Positions 10,085-20,130 of a DNA stretch of 64,000 bases are shown here, piece after piece. A program made the translations under genes and the position numbers. The stretch's first letter is position 1. Every line of letters begins with the position of its first letter. The stretch lies in assembly GCF_016903815.1 (NCBI RefSeq), contig NZ_CP069973.1; one strand, written 5' to 3'. The notes below the pieces were generated by a model that was given only the letters and a program-made list of their open reading frames with translations, searched no databases and was not told the origin of the DNA. The stretch is from Escherichia coli (GTDB taxonomy: Bacteria; Pseudomonadota; Gammaproteobacteria; Enterobacterales; Enterobacteriaceae).

Positions 10085-10969
10085 TCAGAACAGACGATCC
10101 CACAGTGTTTCTAGCAGGCGGATAATGCGGTCCCGGGCTTTACGCAGAAGCTGTAACATCCAGACCGGAAAAGTGAACCGGGCAACGGCGTCGTCAAAAC
10201 TTTTCCCGATGGCGTCACCAAAAGTCTGTTGTGCGTGTTTCTGGGCCTGTTCAGAGCGGTTTTCCCCCCGGATATGTGAATAAACCGCACTGGTTGCCTG
10301 CGGTGGCAGGGCGTGGATCATCAGCGACACAAACGCCGGAAGATTCCAGCCGACAGGCGCAGCAACGGGGAGTACCGGAAATGATGACGGGAACAGGGTT
10401 GCCACCCTGGCTGTAACAGTTGCCAGTGAGAGTTCCTGGTGACGGGATGGGCATTTTTCTGTGGCATTCCATTCTTCAGCAGGAAACACGCGATCGGCAT
10501 GGCTGAGAACAAACAGAAAACGCGAGGGATCTGCACCTTCATTCAGTAAAAACTGATGCATGGCAATATCGGCAGCATACGCACGTTCATCAGCCCGCAG
10601 GATCCAGATAATCAGATCCAGTTCCGGCAGTAACTGACGGTAAAGCTCCCGGTATTCCTGATCATGCTGCGGTGTCTCACCAATGCCGGGCAGATCGACC
10701 AGCGTCATTCTGCGTTCACCAATCTGCAGGGTGAGGCGATGAGCCTGGCGGGTGCAGCCGTTCAGGGGATGCGTGGCGCAGATACGGGACTGAAAAATGG
10801 CATTACACAGACTGCTTTTGCCGGTGCCGGATTTACCCATAATGCCAATCACGGGCTCGTAATGAATAACACCGTGGAGATGTTCAAGGATTTTCTGGCG
10901 AATTTCTTCAGGAAGAAACGTCAGATATGATTTCACTTGCGCGGAGAGGGAAGAATTGCTGAATGGCAT
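10085..10969 (-). CDS. GTPase of the YeeP/YkfA/YfjP family
   Basis: P-loop GKSGTGKSS and DLPGIGE motifs. Confidence 0.85.
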   Translation of the reverse strand: MPFSNSSLSAQVKSYLTFLPEEIRQKILEHLHGVIHYEPVIGIMGKSGTGKSSLCNAIFQSRICATHPLNGCTRQAHRLTLQIGERRMTLVDLPGIGETPQHDQEYRELYRQLLPELDLIIWILRADERAYAADIAMHQFLLNEGADPSRFLFVLSHADRVFPAEEWNATEKCPSRHQELSLATVTARVATLFPSSFPVLPVAAPVGWNLPAFVSLMIHALPPQATSAVYSHIRGENRSEQAQKHAQQTFGDAIGKSFDDAVARFTFPVWMLQLLRKARDRIIRLLETLWDRLF

Positions 10970-11069
10970 ACCGGTATCCTGTTGATTTCACTGAACCGGA
11001 TCACACTAATCCGGTTTATCATTCAGGTAATATGGGTGTGAAAATTTTTCCATTGACGGGAAGAAGAGT

Positions 11070-12293
11070 ATGGCTAAAAACAAAGGTATCTGTCGGAATA
11101 AAAAATGCAGTAATCCTGTTTCAGAATTTGATGAGGCAAATGCCTTAAGGTTATGCGATGATCATTATAAGCTATGGAAGCGAAATAAAGAGAATCGTCG
11201 GGTCAGGAATATTTGTCGTATAATTAGTAGATATGACAAAAGTCTGGACTGGGAGATATTTTATAGAGTAAGAGATGCTGCAAAAAATAAAACGGGAAAG
11301 AGAATTATTGAGGACGCAAAAATATTACATCAATGGCGTGCTTCAAAGCAAGTAAGAAAAAGTTTTCACAAGGGTGTGCTTCGGTCACGGGAATGGCTTA
11401 ATACACAGGAGTTACTGAGCAGAAAACATATATCTGTTACAGGTGAACTATTTAAATTTTACATAAAAGATATTATCAGATTATATTGCTATAAGTTTCT
11501 CTACAGCAGAGAATATCTTAATGAAAACGCATACAAAAAACGATATCAGAGAGATATTCACCCCAGAAAAGTTAATGTTCCGATACTGCAACTTGAAGTT
11601 GCATGGATAAATAATAATTGCCGCTCAAGTGATTCAAGCACTGATATTATTATCCTTCCGAGGATGATAAGAAGAATGGTTGTATTTAATTATACGAAGA
11701 TAAATAAACAATTAGAGAAAGTGTTGGGGGGGATAGCACGAAAACAAACCTCAGAAAGAAATAAAGGCGGTCTCTATACCAGAATAAAAAAAGAAAGTGA
11801 CTTTCTTTCTATGGATAGATTTATGGTGGAAATAGAAAATATCATAAGACCTGAAAGGTTTCCTACATCAATTTATCCAGTCTTTTCACATTCATTTATT
11901 GAACGAGAGCTTCCGCTACTGAATCTTGCTCGATCACAGTATAAAAGAGCAATAAGTAAAAGAGTGGCGAATTCAATTTTTTATACTTTGCAAAAAACTA
12001 ACGTGGCATTATGGCTATATCTTGAAATGTTTGCTCTGGTGGCATTCATTAAACTGTATACAGGAAAAGGTTTTGAATTCATAAAGAACATGTGTGTATT
12101 TATCGATTATGAGAAAGGGATAATAAAATCCACACATGAAGAACTGCTGGGTGAAATTAAGCGTAACATTCAAGTGAATTTGAAGGTGAATCCTGATAAT
12201 TTTCCAGAGTTAATAGACATATACAATTCATGCTTTAGTGAAAATATATTGTCATATGATATTCAGGATGGTAATTTTAAATGGCGCTCATGA
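11070..12293 (+). CDS. Hypothetical 407-aa protein with Cys-rich N-terminus (C-x4-C ... C-x2-H), AT-rich gene
   Basis: Long uninterrupted ORF in a markedly AT-rich segment; no family recognised. Confidence 0.6.
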   Translation: MAKNKGICRNKKCSNPVSEFDEANALRLCDDHYKLWKRNKENRRVRNICRIISRYDKSLDWEIFYRVRDAAKNKTGKRIIEDAKILHQWRASKQVRKSFHKGVLRSREWLNTQELLSRKHISVTGELFKFYIKDIIRLYCYKFLYSREYLNENAYKKRYQRDIHPRKVNVPILQLEVAWINNNCRSSDSSTDIIILPRMIRRMVVFNYTKINKQLEKVLGGIARKQTSERNKGGLYTRIKKESDFLSMDRFMVEIENIIRPERFPTSIYPVFSHSFIERELPLLNLARSQYKRAISKRVANSIFYTLQKTNVALWLYLEMFALVAFIKLYTGKGFEFIKNMCVFIDYEKGIIKSTHEELLGEIKRNIQVNLKVNPDNFPELIDIYNSCFSENILSYDIQDGNFKWRS

Positions 12294-13455
12294 TGTAAAA
12301 ATATTAATTTCACATTACATATTAATTATTCACAAAAAACATATAATTAATTTCAATGAGTTACATATAAAAATGTTGATGATTAGCCAGCTTAGTATGG
12401 TTATGCAATGTGATGCTTAACGCTTACAGATAATAACACATTCATATGAGCTATATATCATAATATTCAATAATCATGATATGCTAATCTGATTATGGAT
12501 AAAAATTACTGAATGACGCCATATTATGATTGGCAGTGTTTCCTGTATACGATGACTTATCTCTCCCGCATCATATGGGGGCACGTTTCTTAGGAAAAGT
12601 GACGGGGTTACAGAAGCCAATTACGATAGTTTGTTGTAGAGTTATCACGAGTTTTTGTTGTTCTGAAGACGGAATCAAAAAAATAATTCCAGAGTAAACC
12701 TGTCTGTTTTTTGACCAGTAAAGATCCATGCTGGCCGTGAAAAACTGAAATCAACACTCAGTCTGCATGGATGTCTGAAGATATTGAGAATGTCGGGAAT
12801 GGTACTATATACGTATTATACAGACATATCTTCACTAAGTGTTATACACGCATTTTCATAGACAATCATACAAGTATTTTCATTAAGCATTGCTGTACAC
12901 ATTGCTTTGTCTGAAACACATCCAGTTTAGTAAATTTGTTAGTCCTTTTTTTACGATCGCTAAAATCAGTTAACCTCACTACAAAACCCTCTGTCCTGTT
13001 TAAGCAATCAAGATGATATTCGATTTTACTGAACCTGTGTTTAACCTTTTCTGAGTTTTCGTGTTTTAGTCGTTAACCTGAGAAAAGTATCTTTACGTAA
13101 AGCCCAGTGAATTAACTCAAATCCGATTGAGGTAACCTGATGCGATTTACTGTGAGTTTGCGATAACACTGTTAAATGGCTTATGGATGATTTTGTAACG
13201 GCGAGATTGATAAGGTGATTAACTGGCCCTGGTGTTTTTTCTCAGCGTAAGGTGATTATCTTCATCATAAGGCTCTTTTCAGAAAAAGTGTGATGATTGG
13301 TTGTGGTGTTTTGATTCAGATGAGGATCTGCCAATGATTATGATGTATTGTAAGAAATAACGCCTTCAGAATGTTGGAGCATGCACTTACACAAACTGTT
13401 TTTCTAAAATTAAGGGAACAGTTTAAAGAGTATAAACTGTTCATCTTCTTCAGGA

Positions 13456-13986
13456 TTAAGCTACATTGTTGTTATGACTGACAGGATTGTTTTCTTCCCC
13501 TGACTCTGGGCTTAACAGTCCCTGGCGTTGTAGATATTCACTGACTGACATTCCAGAACTACGGATCCTGTCAGAGATTTTACGAAATTGATCCTTCCAT
13601 TCTGCAGGTAATTTCTTAATTTGTCTGACTTTACAGGCTACACTGTACGGGGTTCGCCCTAGTTTCTCTGCTAGCCAGAAAAGGTGTTTACCAATTTCAT
13701 CGTCCGGTACATCCTCCAGAACATCTCGCAATAAACTCTCGTCTGCCTCATTCCATGCCACACCAGCATTTGGGAAACGAGGATCGATCTCTCTTTCCTT
13801 CTTCTCCTTCTTACTTTGCTCTTTTCGGGATGATACAGATACGACAGAACGTTCTTTTACCGCTGTAATTGCCATAACTGCATTGAGCAGAGATCTGCGC
13901 TCCACATCGTTCAGCATTTTTCCTTCACAGATCAAATCATTCAGGATGTCAATGACTAGATTCAGACTTTCTTCTGTTAGCTTCAT
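13456..13986 (-). CDS. Hypothetical 176-aa protein with Lys/Glu-rich linker
   Basis: ORF in AT-rich block; no family recognised. Confidence 0.5.
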   Translation of the reverse strand: MKLTEESLNLVIDILNDLICEGKMLNDVERRSLLNAVMAITAVKERSVVSVSSRKEQSKKEKKEREIDPRFPNAGVAWNEADESLLRDVLEDVPDDEIGKHLFWLAEKLGRTPYSVACKVRQIKKLPAEWKDQFRKISDRIRSSGMSVSEYLQRQGLLSPESGEENNPVSHNNNVA

Positions 13987-14655
13987 ATTTCAGACCTTGA
14001 AGTATGTAGATAATCAGCACAATTACTAATGTGATAAATATCAGAAGATAATTTACAGGTAAACCGGAAAATACATCTGAAGAATAAAGGCCTCAGCTTA
14101 ACGTTTCAGCCAGTTTGTGAGCTGATTGAGGTACGGCGATGACATTAACGGGAATTACTCCCCTATAGCTCTGAGCTTATTTTTCACCCTGGCAACATAT
14201 GGTGGCTACTGCGCATGGTTTTGGAGTAGATATCTTACTACTCGTAGAATTGTGCTTACTGGTCAGGCCAGCGCACAGGCATTCCGTGCAATCAATAGAA
14301 CACTGGTTTTTTAGTCTTCCGTTACCCATCAGGATGTTAGTGCAGATTCCGGTGTATTCGATCAGTTGTTCGGCGAATCAGCGATCGATCACGATGCGAT
14401 TTCGTATGTTAGGGATGCTGGTATGATTACTCGCTGAAAAATAATGTGAAAAGGCAGTTTTTCTTTAGACATTTAGCTCATTCATGCTGTTGTTTTACGT
14501 TTTGCTGTCGTGTGCAGGATTATCTTTTCGTTACGGGACGATTCATTCTGTTTTAATCAGGAGCCATTGGCGTTGCTCAATGGCGGGATGCCGTAAAGTT
14601 TTACCGCAGTGATTAATGATGTGAAGTCAATCCAAATCAACGGAGATCTCTCATC

Positions 14656-15387
14656 ATGAATCAACCAATACACAATGATTACTGGTTATCCCGTTTTGAA
14701 AGTATTCTCAACAGTGCCCTGGTGCAACACCGTGCCGTCTCGTTAATCCGGGTGGATTTACGTTTCCCTGAGTATATGCCTGTCACCATCATGGATCCCG
14801 ATCCGGATTCAGCGGTGATTTCCCGTTTTTTCGCATCCCTGAAAGCCAAAATTCAGGCTTACCAGCGGAAAAAAAGATGGGCCAATCAGCGTGTGCATGC
14901 AACCAGCCTGCGTTATTTCTGGTGCCGGGAGTTCGGCAAGATGTATGGCAGGAAACATTATCACGTGATATTACTGCTCAACAAAGATACCTGGTGCTCG
15001 CTCGGGGATTTCAGCGAACCGTCTTCGCTGGCGACGATGATCCAGGAGGCATGGTGCAGCGCCCTGCATCTTGAGCCCTGGCAAGGCGATGGCCTGGTCC
15101 ATTTTTCCAGGTGGACGCCTTCCCGTAAACCGACATCGTCTGATGCTCGCCCTTCTTCCGATGACACGCCTTTGTCGGGTGGATGTTCTGATACCAGGAA
15201 GGCTTCAGACAAAAAGCCAGGTGAAGCCGCTGTGCTCTGGATCAAGCGTGGTGATGTGGAAGCGCTGCAGAAAGCCCGGAACAGAGCCAGTTATCTCGTG
15301 AAATATGAGACGAAGCAGCATGACGGTTCCGGGCAACGTAATTATGGTTGCAGTCGTGGGCCGGGGCGTCTACTGGATGGCAGGTGA
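14656..15387 (+). CDS. YagK/YfjJ-family protein (Inovirus Gp2-like)
   Basis: N-terminal region resembles YfjJ/YagK of cryptic prophages; from memory. Confidence 0.5.
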   Translation: MNQPIHNDYWLSRFESILNSALVQHRAVSLIRVDLRFPEYMPVTIMDPDPDSAVISRFFASLKAKIQAYQRKKRWANQRVHATSLRYFWCREFGKMYGRKHYHVILLLNKDTWCSLGDFSEPSSLATMIQEAWCSALHLEPWQGDGLVHFSRWTPSRKPTSSDARPSSDDTPLSGGCSDTRKASDKKPGEAAVLWIKRGDVEALQKARNRASYLVKYETKQHDGSGQRNYGCSRGPGRLLDGR

Positions 15388-15907
15388 ACCCGGTAAAACA
15401 GCATCCGGTGCCTGAGCGTATACCACGGTCAGGACGTTGGCTGACGCCCTTAGCTCGTTTTCTGATAATCGCCCTGAAGTCATGAAACGGTATTTTTATC
15501 TGCTTCCATTCTCATGTTCATATTTCCCCTTACACTTTCACTGTCTGTCATTGGAAGTACCGATTTATTTTGGTGCTGCTCACTTACTGCCATTCACGGA
15601 AGAGGATAGTGGTGAACCGTACGATCCTGACTGCTGGCGAGGGAAGGTTCAGAACTGGTATGAGGTTTAGTGCTGGAAGATGACTTTGAATCCCGGACTG
15701 AGCAGTGAGGGGGCAGTGGGAGGATGCTCTGGTGTAACAGGCCTGGATTGCAAAATACAAAACCGGTTGTACACTCGTAACGGGCAAAAGGATACGGGCA
15801 ATAACACGTGGTACCCGGTGAGACAGGATCTTGTATCGCATTACCGGGAATATTCTGACAGGTGAAATGTTCTGATAAGAATCATCCTGAGGGAGGATAC
15901 AACGGAT

Positions 15908-16360
15908 ATGCACGTTATTAACAGCGGCATTCGTGATGTGAAATTTGGTGAAAATGTGAAAGTCGTCATGCCAGTAAACCTCTATGAATGTGAACTGGGG
16001 GATGATGTTTTTATCGGTCCCTTTGTGGAAATACAGAAGGGATGCATCATTGGCAAGCGGAGCCGAATTCAGTCCCACAGTTTCATCTGTGAGAACGTCA
16101 TTTTAGGTGATGGCTGTTTCATCGGTCATGGCGTAACTTTTGCTAATGATCTTTTTAAGTGTGGTGGTCCCGATGCCTCTGCAGAAAGCTGGATACGTAT
16201 CGTATTAGGTAACACTGTAACAGTGGGTAGCGGAGCGACTATTTTAACAACAGAAATTTGCAGTGGAGCAGTGATTGGGGCTGGTAGTGTGGTTACAAAG
16301 CCCGTGCTGGTAAAAGGCGTGTATGCCGGTAATCCAGCCAGACTTTTGAGAACGCTTTAA
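15908..16360 (+). CDS. Hexapeptide-repeat (left-handed beta-helix) acyl/acetyltransferase
   Basis: Repeated [LIV]G-x4 hexapeptide pattern (VILGDGCFIGHGVTF, IVLGNTVTVGSGATI). Confidence 0.75.
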   Translation: MHVINSGIRDVKFGENVKVVMPVNLYECELGDDVFIGPFVEIQKGCIIGKRSRIQSHSFICENVILGDGCFIGHGVTFANDLFKCGGPDASAESWIRIVLGNTVTVGSGATILTTEICSGAVIGAGSVVTKPVLVKGVYAGNPARLLRTL

Positions 16361-16895
16361 TTATTATATTTACAAATCGTAAGCCAGAATTGACTCCAGA
16401 CCATTATGTGTCTTATTCACCATGAGTGAAATGCGGGATGAGCCTGCAAGTTAAGAGGATATCGGAAACCAGCAACCAGGGCAGTGAGAGCGCTGTCGGG
16501 GTCATTGATATCTCCGAAGGGAAGCCCTGGTATAAGGTGTTTGCATAAAATTATTAAACAGGCTCATTTTTAGCGATCCTCATGAAATTCATCGTAACAT
16601 CCTGAATATCTTATGGTGTTTCCTGTCATCTCCGGTATTTATTCCGTTCATGCAAATAACCTGATGAAACAGGGCAACGCCATAAAACCGGATAAGGACA
16701 ACATGGATTAACGATAAAAATTGTGATCCTGTTTTCATTTTTCACTTTTTGATTCTGGACTGGTATTTACATTTCTAAAAACAGGCATAAAGTGAACACA
16801 TGTTTGATTTTGAATATATGTTCAACTCTATCTGCGTGGTCGAATAGAAATACAGATTTATTATTTTTGTGTTTTTAAATGTCAGGAGATGTGCC

Positions 16896-17831
16896 ATGTG
16901 TGATAAGGAATACATCATCACAATTGGCTCTGCCAATATAGATATAGCCGGATATTCGTATGCCTCCTTAAATTATGCTGATTCTAACCCGGGGAAGATT
17001 AAATTCACGCCCGGAGGTGTGGGGCGTAATATTGCACATAATCTTGCTCTGCTGGGTAAAAACTCATGGCTGATGTCAGCTGTGGGAGATGATTTCTACG
17101 GGCAATCATTATTAGCACAAACGACTCAGTCCGGCGTTAATGTTGATAAATGTCTGATTGTTAATGGAGAAAATACCTCAAGTTATTTATCACTTCTCGA
17201 TAAAACCGGTGAAATGTTGGTGGCAATAAATGACATGACGATTAGTGAACATATTTCAGCTGAGTTTTTATCACAGCATATTGATTTTATTCAGGGAGCG
17301 AAGGTTATTGTTGCAGACTGTAATATCAGTGAGTCAACACTTGTCTGGCTACTGAATAATGCAGGTAAGGTTCCGGTATTTGTTGACCCGGTATCTGCAT
17401 GGAAGTGTGTCAAAATTCGTGAACATTTAGCACAAATTCATACTCTCAAGCCCAACCGGCTTGAAGCAGAAACACTCAGTGGTATTTCGCTTTCAGATCG
17501 GAATGATGCTGAAAAAGTGGCGGTATGGTTCCATACACATGGTCTGAATCGCCTTGTGCTCAGCATGGGGGGGGATGGAGTTTATTACAGCGAACTGTAC
17601 GGAGCCAGCGGCTGGTCGCCGCCAGTAAAAACACAGGTGGTGAACGTTACGGGGGCAGGGGATGCCATGATGGCAGGGCTGGCTTCCTGCTGGGTTGATA
17701 ATATGCCATTTATTGATTCCATTCGATTTGCACAGGGGTGTTCATCAATGGCGCTGGCCAGTGAGTATACCAATAATCCTGAATTATCTGTTGCTAACGT
17801 TAAAAGCTTAGTGGAGAAACAGAATGTCTGA
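16896..17831 (+). CDS. psuK: PfkB-family kinase, pseudouridine kinase-like (YeiC/PsuK paralog)
   Basis: GGVGRNIAHNLALLG and GAGDAMMAG motifs; ATG at 16896 preceded by AGGAGA. Confidence 0.75.
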   Translation: MCDKEYIITIGSANIDIAGYSYASLNYADSNPGKIKFTPGGVGRNIAHNLALLGKNSWLMSAVGDDFYGQSLLAQTTQSGVNVDKCLIVNGENTSSYLSLLDKTGEMLVAINDMTISEHISAEFLSQHIDFIQGAKVIVADCNISESTLVWLLNNAGKVPVFVDPVSAWKCVKIREHLAQIHTLKPNRLEAETLSGISLSDRNDAEKVAVWFHTHGLNRLVLSMGGDGVYYSELYGASGWSPPVKTQVVNVTGAGDAMMAGLASCWVDNMPFIDSIRFAQGCSSMALASEYTNNPELSVANVKSLVEKQNV

Positions 17832-18759
17832 AATAACCATTTCTTCTGAATTACTGCAAATTTCACCGGAAGTACAGGATGCCATTAACAGTAAAAAACC
17901 TGTTGTTGCTCTCGAGTCAACAATTATCTCACATGGTATGCCTTTTCCTCAGAATGCTCAGACGGCTATTGAAGTCGAAGAAACTATACGTAAACACGGA
18001 GCAGTACCAGCCACCATTGCCGTTATTGGCGGTGTAATGAAAGTCGGGTTAAGTAAAGATGAGATTGAATTACTGGGTCGCGAAGGACATAACGTTACCA
18101 AAGTCAGTCGCCGGGATTTACCTTTCGTTATTGCTGAAGGAAAACATGGTGCAACAACGGTAGCTTCAACCATGATTATTGCTGCTCTTGCCGGAATTAA
18201 AGTTTTTGCCACAGGAGGAATTGGCGGCGTTCATCGCGGTGCAGAACACACTTTTGATATTTCAGCCGACCTACAGGAACTGGCACATACTAATGTCACC
18301 GTGGTTTGTGCAGGCGCGAAATCCATTCTCGATTTAGGGTTAACCACGGAATATTTAGAAACATTTGGTGTACCTTTAATTGGCTATCAGACAAGATCAT
18401 TGCCGGCATTTTTTTGCCGCACCAGTCCGTTTGAGGTCAGTATACGTCTGGACAGTGCAAAAGAGATTGCCCGCGCGATGGCAGTGAAATGGCAAACCGG
18501 CCTGAACGGTGGTCTGGTTGTTGCCAATCCGATTCCGGAAGCTTACGCCATGGCGGAAGAGAAAATTAATGCAGCAATTGACCAGGCCGTAAAAGAAGCG
18601 GAAGTGCAGGGCATTACCGGTAAAGAAAGCACACCGTTCCTGCTGGCACGGGTGGCAGAATTAACCGGTGGTGACAGTCTGAAATCAAATATTCAGCTGG
18701 TATTCAACAACGCAGTTCTGGCCTGTGAGATAGCAAAAGAATATCAACAAATTGTCTGA
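17824..18759 (+). CDS. psuG: Pseudouridine-5'-phosphate glycosidase-like (YeiN/PsuG paralog)
   Basis: 311 aa resembling YeiN; overlaps psuK stop by 8 bp. Confidence 0.75.
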   Translation: MSEITISSELLQISPEVQDAINSKKPVVALESTIISHGMPFPQNAQTAIEVEETIRKHGAVPATIAVIGGVMKVGLSKDEIELLGREGHNVTKVSRRDLPFVIAEGKHGATTVASTMIIAALAGIKVFATGGIGGVHRGAEHTFDISADLQELAHTNVTVVCAGAKSILDLGLTTEYLETFGVPLIGYQTRSLPAFFCRTSPFEVSIRLDSAKEIARAMAVKWQTGLNGGLVVANPIPEAYAMAEEKINAAIDQAVKEAEVQGITGKESTPFLLARVAELTGGDSLKSNIQLVFNNAVLACEIAKEYQQIV

Positions 18760-18842
18760 TATAAATGAACGGGCAGTGTGAGGTCGCCCGAAATTACCTG
18801 AACCAGATTCCGTGTCTGGTTCAGGTATAAGGGGAGAGCATT

Positions 18843-20093
18843 ATGGACATCATGAGAAGTATAGTGGGAATGGCAGTATTGCTGATAATTGCATTTCTAC
18901 TATCAGTGAATAAAAAACGTATCAGTTTACGTACCACAGGAGCTGCACTGGTTCTTCAAATCGCGATTGGTGGGATCATGCTCTATTTCCCCCCGGGGAA
19001 ATGGCTGGTTGAACAGGCTGCACTGGGCGTACATAAAATTATGTCTTACAGTGATGCGGGCAGTGCCTTTATTTTTGGCTCTCTGGTAGGGGACAAAATG
19101 GACGTACTGTTCGATGGGGCGGGTTTTATCTTCGCCTTCCGTGTACTTCCTGCCATCATTTTTGTTACAGCGCTTATCAGTCTGCTGTACTACATCAGAG
19201 TGATGGGGGGGCTTATCCGTATTCTGGGGGGGATTTTTCAGAAAGCTCTGAACATAAGTAAAGTTGAGTCATTTGTGGCAGTAACGACAATTTTCCTGGG
19301 GCAAAACGAGATCCCGGCAATTGTAAAACCGTTTATTAATCGTCTGAATCGTAATGAATTATTTACTGTCATCTGCAGTGGGATGGCTTCGATTGCCGGT
19401 TCAATGATGATCGGCTATGCCGGGATGGGGGTTCCGATTGACTATTTGCTGGCGGCGTCGTTGATGGCGATCCCGGGGGGGATCCTTTTTGCCCGTATTC
19501 TGAGTCCGGCCACAGAAGAATCAAAAGTCACTTTTGAAAATCTTTCTTTCACTGATACTCCTCCCAAAAGTGTTATTGAAGCAGTGGCCAGCGGGGCGAT
19601 GACCGGGTTGAAAATCGCTGTCGGAGTTGCAACGGTAGTGATGACCTTTGTTGCTATTATTGCTCTGATTAACGGTATAATCGGTGGTATCGGAGGCTGG
19701 TTTGGTTATGGTAATATTACCCTTGAGGGCATTTTCGGCTGGATTTTGGCTCCCCTTGCGTGGATCATGGGCGTTGACTGGGCGGATGCTTCACTGGCAG
19801 GAAGTCTGATTGGTCAGAAGCTGGCAATTAACGAATTTGTTGCTTATCTCAATCTTTCACCCTATTTACAGCCAGGCAGTACGCTTGATGTGAAAACCAC
19901 CGCAATTATTTCTTTTGCACTGTGTGGTTTTGCCAACTTTGGCTCCATTGGTGTGGTGGTGGGTGCCTTTTCAGCCATATCACCTCAGCGTGCACCTGAA
20001 ATTGCACAACTGGGCATGCGTGCACTGGCGGCGGCCACCCTGTCAAACCTGATGAGTGCGACTATCGCTGGTTTTTTCATTGGGCTGGCATAA
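18843..20093 (+). CDS. psuT: Concentrative nucleoside transporter (NupC family, PsuT-like)
   Basis: 416-aa polytopic membrane protein with NupC-like sequence. Confidence 0.75.
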   Translation: MDIMRSIVGMAVLLIIAFLLSVNKKRISLRTTGAALVLQIAIGGIMLYFPPGKWLVEQAALGVHKIMSYSDAGSAFIFGSLVGDKMDVLFDGAGFIFAFRVLPAIIFVTALISLLYYIRVMGGLIRILGGIFQKALNISKVESFVAVTTIFLGQNEIPAIVKPFINRLNRNELFTVICSGMASIAGSMMIGYAGMGVPIDYLLAASLMAIPGGILFARILSPATEESKVTFENLSFTDTPPKSVIEAVASGAMTGLKIAVGVATVVMTFVAIIALINGIIGGIGGWFGYGNITLEGIFGWILAPLAWIMGVDWADASLAGSLIGQKLAINEFVAYLNLSPYLQPGSTLDVKTTAIISFALCGFANFGSIGVVVGAFSAISPQRAPEIAQLGMRALAAATLSNLMSATIAGFFIGLA

Positions 20094-20102
20094 AAAATAC
20101 AA

Positions 20103-20130
20103 TCCCGGGTGTTACCCCCGGGATGTTTTT
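20103..20130. terminator. Bidirectional rho-independent terminator between convergent psuT and the regulator-kinase gene
   Basis: TCCCGGG-tgttacc-CCCGGGA hairpin flanked by an A-run and a T-run. Confidence 0.6.

Noticed and set aside
14126-14426. Two short overlapping plus-strand ORFs (62 and 75 aa)
   Set aside because: No start context or conservation signal; lie in the AT-rich intergenic stretch, which is flagged as a region instead.
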